A program made the position numbers and the translations under genes. From an uncultured Bdellovibrionales bacterium (GTDB lineage Bacteria; Pseudomonadota; Alphaproteobacteria; Micavibrionales; SZUA-601), in assembly GCA_964496065.1 (NCBI GenBank), contig CAZBXD010000004.1:153-64152 (forward strand): a DNA stretch of 64,000 bases. Direction: 5' to 3'. Numbering within the stretch: position 1 is the stretch's first letter; every line of letters starts with the position of its first letter. Below, in pieces: positions 61,265 to 64,000 of the stretch. Under the pieces are notes generated by a model, which did not search any database, was not told where the DNA came from, and saw only the letters and a program-made list of their open reading frames with translations.

Positions 61265-62392
61265 ATGGAAAAAGATGTTGTACTCGTCGGTTACAAACGT
61301 ACGCCGTTTCATTTTGCCAATAAGGGCGCTTTGGCGAAGGTGCGCCCGGATGATTTGGCAACAGCAGCCGTCAAGGCGCTTCTTGAGCAAACGGGCGTTA
61401 ACGGCGACGATATCGAAGATGTGATTATGGGCTGTGCTTTTCCAGAAGGAGAACAAGGGTTTAATATCGGTAAAATTATCGCACAGATGGTTGAATTGCC
61501 GATTACGGTGGCGGGTGTAACGGTCAATCGTTTTTGTGGCTCAGCGATGCAGGCCATTCATATGGCTGCAGGAGCCATTCAAATGGGGGCGGGTGATGCT
61601 TTTATATGCGGTGGTGTTGAGAGTATGACACGGATCCCGATGGGTGGATTTAACCCGATGCCGCATCCTGACTTTTATCAAACCTACCCGGCAGCGTATA
61701 TGTCGATGGGGGAAACGGCCGAAAATGTTGCCAAGCAATTTGATGTCTCGCGCAAAGATCAGGAAGTCTTTGCCGTGGCCTCTCATCATAAGGCAGCAAA
61801 AGCAGCCGAGAGTGGTGGTTTTAACGATGAAATTGTTGCTGTTGGCGCTGTTGATAGCGATGGGACTATTCGCCCAGATTCAAGTGTTGAAGCCCTGGCT
61901 GATCTGAAACCCGCCTTTGATAAGGACGGGGTGGTGACGGCCGGAACATCGTCACCGTTGACCGATGGTGCGGTTGCAACATTAGTATGTTCAGCTGATT
62001 ATGCCAAGGCAAATGGCTTGGACGTTATCGCGAAAATTAAATCGATTGCGGTTGCCGGTTGTGCGGCGGAAATCATGGGAATGGGCCCGGTGAATGCCTC
62101 GCATAAGGCGCTTGAGCGGGCTGGCTTGACAATGTCAGATATCGATATCATTGAATTGAATGAGGCCTTTGCCTCACAAGCTCTGGCTGTTATCCGTGAC
62201 CTTAAAATTGATCAAGAAAAAGTCAATCTTGATGGTGGTGCGATTGCGCTGGGTCACCCTCTCGGAGCTTCTGGGGCACGGATTACCACCAAAGCCGCTA
62301 GCCTCCTTCAAAGAGAGAAAAAATCGCTCGCGCTGGCAACCATGTGTATCGGTGGCGGTCAAGGGATTGCAACGATTTTAGAGGCAGTGTAA
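61265..62392 (+). CDS. fadA: acetyl-CoA C-acyltransferase (3-ketoacyl-CoA thiolase)
   Basis: 375 aa. Active-site Cys in NRFCGSAMQA, plus NEAFASQ, GHPLGASG and CIGGGQG. Confidence 0.93.
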   Translation: MEKDVVLVGYKRTPFHFANKGALAKVRPDDLATAAVKALLEQTGVNGDDIEDVIMGCAFPEGEQGFNIGKIIAQMVELPITVAGVTVNRFCGSAMQAIHMAAGAIQMGAGDAFICGGVESMTRIPMGGFNPMPHPDFYQTYPAAYMSMGETAENVAKQFDVSRKDQEVFAVASHHKAAKAAESGGFNDEIVAVGAVDSDGTIRPDSSVEALADLKPAFDKDGVVTAGTSSPLTDGAVATLVCSADYAKANGLDVIAKIKSIAVAGCAAEIMGMGPVNASHKALERAGLTMSDIDIIELNEAFASQALAVIRDLKIDQEKVNLDGGAIALGHPLGASGARITTKAASLLQREKKSLALATMCIGGGQGIATILEAV

Positions 62393-62394
62393 CC

Positions 62395-64000
62395 ATGGGT
62401 CAAAAAATTGAAAAAGTAGCAGTGCTTGGTGCGGGTGTCATGGGCGCGGCAATTGCCGCCCATGTCGCCAATGCGGGCATACCAGTGGTTCTGCTTGATA
62501 TCGTACCCAAAGACGCGCAAGATCGCAATGCGATTGCCAAGGGCGCAGTCGCGAAGATGCTCAAAGCCAAACCAGCGCCGTTTATGCACACAAAAAATGC
62601 TTCCCTGATTGAATGTGGGAATCTGGAAGATGATCTCGATAAGCTAGGGGAGTGTGATTGGATTGTTGAGGCGGTGATTGAGCGTCTCGATATTAAACAT
62701 CAAGTCTATGCCAATATCGATAAAACCCGCAAGAAAGGCTCGGTGGTCTCGAGTAACACCTCAACCATCCCGCTCGATAAACTGACTGAAGGACAATCGG
62801 ATCAGTTCAAAAAAGATTTTATGGTGACGCATTTCTTTAACCCACCGCGTTATATGCGCTTACTGGAGATCGTGCAGGGTAAAAACACCCGCCAAGATGC
62901 GGTTGATGCGGTGCGTGACTTTGCTGATGTGAGTTTGGGTAAAACCGTGGTGGATTGTCATGATACGCCAGGTTTTATTGCCAACCGGATTGGGGTCTAT
63001 TGGATTACTGCCGGCATTAATGAAGCGATTGATCGCGGGATCACGGTCGAGGAAGCCGATGTCATGCTGTCACGCCCAATCGGTGTACCAAAAACCGGGG
63101 TTTTTGGGTTGGTCGATCTGGTTGGCATTGACCTGATGCCGCATCTGTCAAAATCGCTGCTTGATACGCTGCCAAAAGAGGATCCGTATCGTGATCTCTA
63201 TCGTGACCTCCCACTAATCGACGCTATGATTGCCGATGGCTATACCGGTCGCAAGGGCAAGGGCGGCTTCTACCGCCTGGATACCACCGAAGGGCGTCGG
63301 CAAAAACAAGCCAAAGATTTGAAATCAGGGGATTATGCCGATGCGGTCAAGCCAAAATTAAATGCCGCGAAGGCGGGTAAAAAAGGCCTCCTCGCGGTGG
63401 TCGAACATGGCGATGAATATGCAGATTATGTCTGGGCCGTGATGGGGCAGACGCTGCATTATGCGGCCTCACTCCTCGGCACGATTGCCGATGATATTGT
63501 TGCCATCGACGATGGTTTGAAGATGGGCTTTAACTGGAAATTTGGCCCGTTTGAATTGATGGACCAGTTGGGTACTGAATGGCTGGCGAAAAAATGGGCC
63601 GAAGAAGGCAAGGCGGTACCGGAAATTATTGCGGCCGCGAAAGGTAACTCGCTGTATCGGACCGAAAGCGGTAAATTGCAATTTATTGATGCAAAAGGTG
63701 CCTATCATGATGTGAAACGGCCTGAGGGTGTGGTCTTACTCTCCGATATTAAACGCGCGGCGGACAACACGCCACTGGCAAAAAATGGTTCCGCCAGCCT
63801 GTGGGATATTGGCGATGGCGTGATGTGTATCGAATTCCATACGAAAATGAATGCCATGGATCAGGATATCTTTGCCATGTATGGCACTGCGATGCAGAGG
63901 ATCGGCGATGGTCAGGGTGACTGGAAGGCGCTCGTCATTCATAATGAAGGCACAAATTTCTCCGCAGGGGCGAATTTGGGGCTGGCGCTGTTTGCGCTCA
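62395..64000 (+). CDS. 3-hydroxyacyl-CoA dehydrogenase / enoyl-CoA hydratase family protein, partial (runs off window)
   Basis: MGQKIEKVAVLGAGVMGAAIAAHVANAG (Rossmann fold). The frame stays open to 64000. The ATG lies 2 nt after the thiolase stop. Absent from the ORF track because it has no stop inside the window. Confidence 0.88.
   Translation, partial: MGQKIEKVAVLGAGVMGAAIAAHVANAGIPVVLLDIVPKDAQDRNAIAKGAVAKMLKAKPAPFMHTKNASLIECGNLEDDLDKLGECDWIVEAVIERLDIKHQVYANIDKTRKKGSVVSSNTSTIPLDKLTEGQSDQFKKDFMVTHFFNPPRYMRLLEIVQGKNTRQDAVDAVRDFADVSLGKTVVDCHDTPGFIANRIGVYWITAGINEAIDRGITVEEADVMLSRPIGVPKTGVFGLVDLVGIDLMPHLSKSLLDTLPKEDPYRDLYRDLPLIDAMIADGYTGRKGKGGFYRLDTTEGRRQKQAKDLKSGDYADAVKPKLNAAKAGKKGLLAVVEHGDEYADYVWAVMGQTLHYAASLLGTIADDIVAIDDGLKMGFNWKFGPFELMDQLGTEWLAKKWAEEGKAVPEIIAAAKGNSLYRTESGKLQFIDAKGAYHDVKRPEGVVLLSDIKRAADNTPLAKNGSASLWDIGDGVMCIEFHTKMNAMDQDIFAMYGTAMQRIGDGQGDWKALVIHNEGTNFSAGANLGLALFAL

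Overview
This 64 kb window reads as a chromosomal, mostly housekeeping segment of an alphaproteobacterium. GC looks mid-40s percent by eye, with several short AT-rich islets; neither was computed. The lineage call rests on synteny and family content: DUF3576 lipoprotein next to leuS, mreBCD-mrdA, a split pntAA/pntAB/pntB transhydrogenase, usg, a DUF2312/GapR-like protein, DUF2336, grpE facing rph-rdgB-hemW, and phr-FAD oxidoreductase-DUF1365-cfa. I can support about 65 protein-coding genes, several intrinsic terminators and a few promoter-like sites. I recognised no rRNA, tRNA, CRISPR array, IS element, integrase or prophage module. I cannot support a self-contained novel multi-gene system such as a defence island or secretion apparatus. 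The observations most worth a second look are: (1) a G9 homopolymer that frameshifts the second of two tandem porin genes, so it is either a phase-variation candidate or an assembly error; (2) a pnt operon with an aldehyde dehydrogenase and an orphan solute-binding protein inserted between its subunit genes, and a histone-H1-like Lys/Ala-rich tail on PntAA; (3) an AT-rich islet of three paralogous small helical proteins; (4) two paralogous XRE-type regulators sharing an uncharacterised C-terminal domain, one beside a duplicated 15-mer containing a perfect inverted repeat; (5) degenerate enzymes, namely an RmlC-like cupin lacking the catalytic His/Lys/Tyr and a HemW-like protein lacking the radical-SAM cysteines; (6) absence of hrcA and of CIRCE at the grpE and groESL loci. 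Together these suggest ongoing gene decay, as seen in host-associated lineages, but that is inference. All homology calls come from motif recognition by eye. No database search was run.
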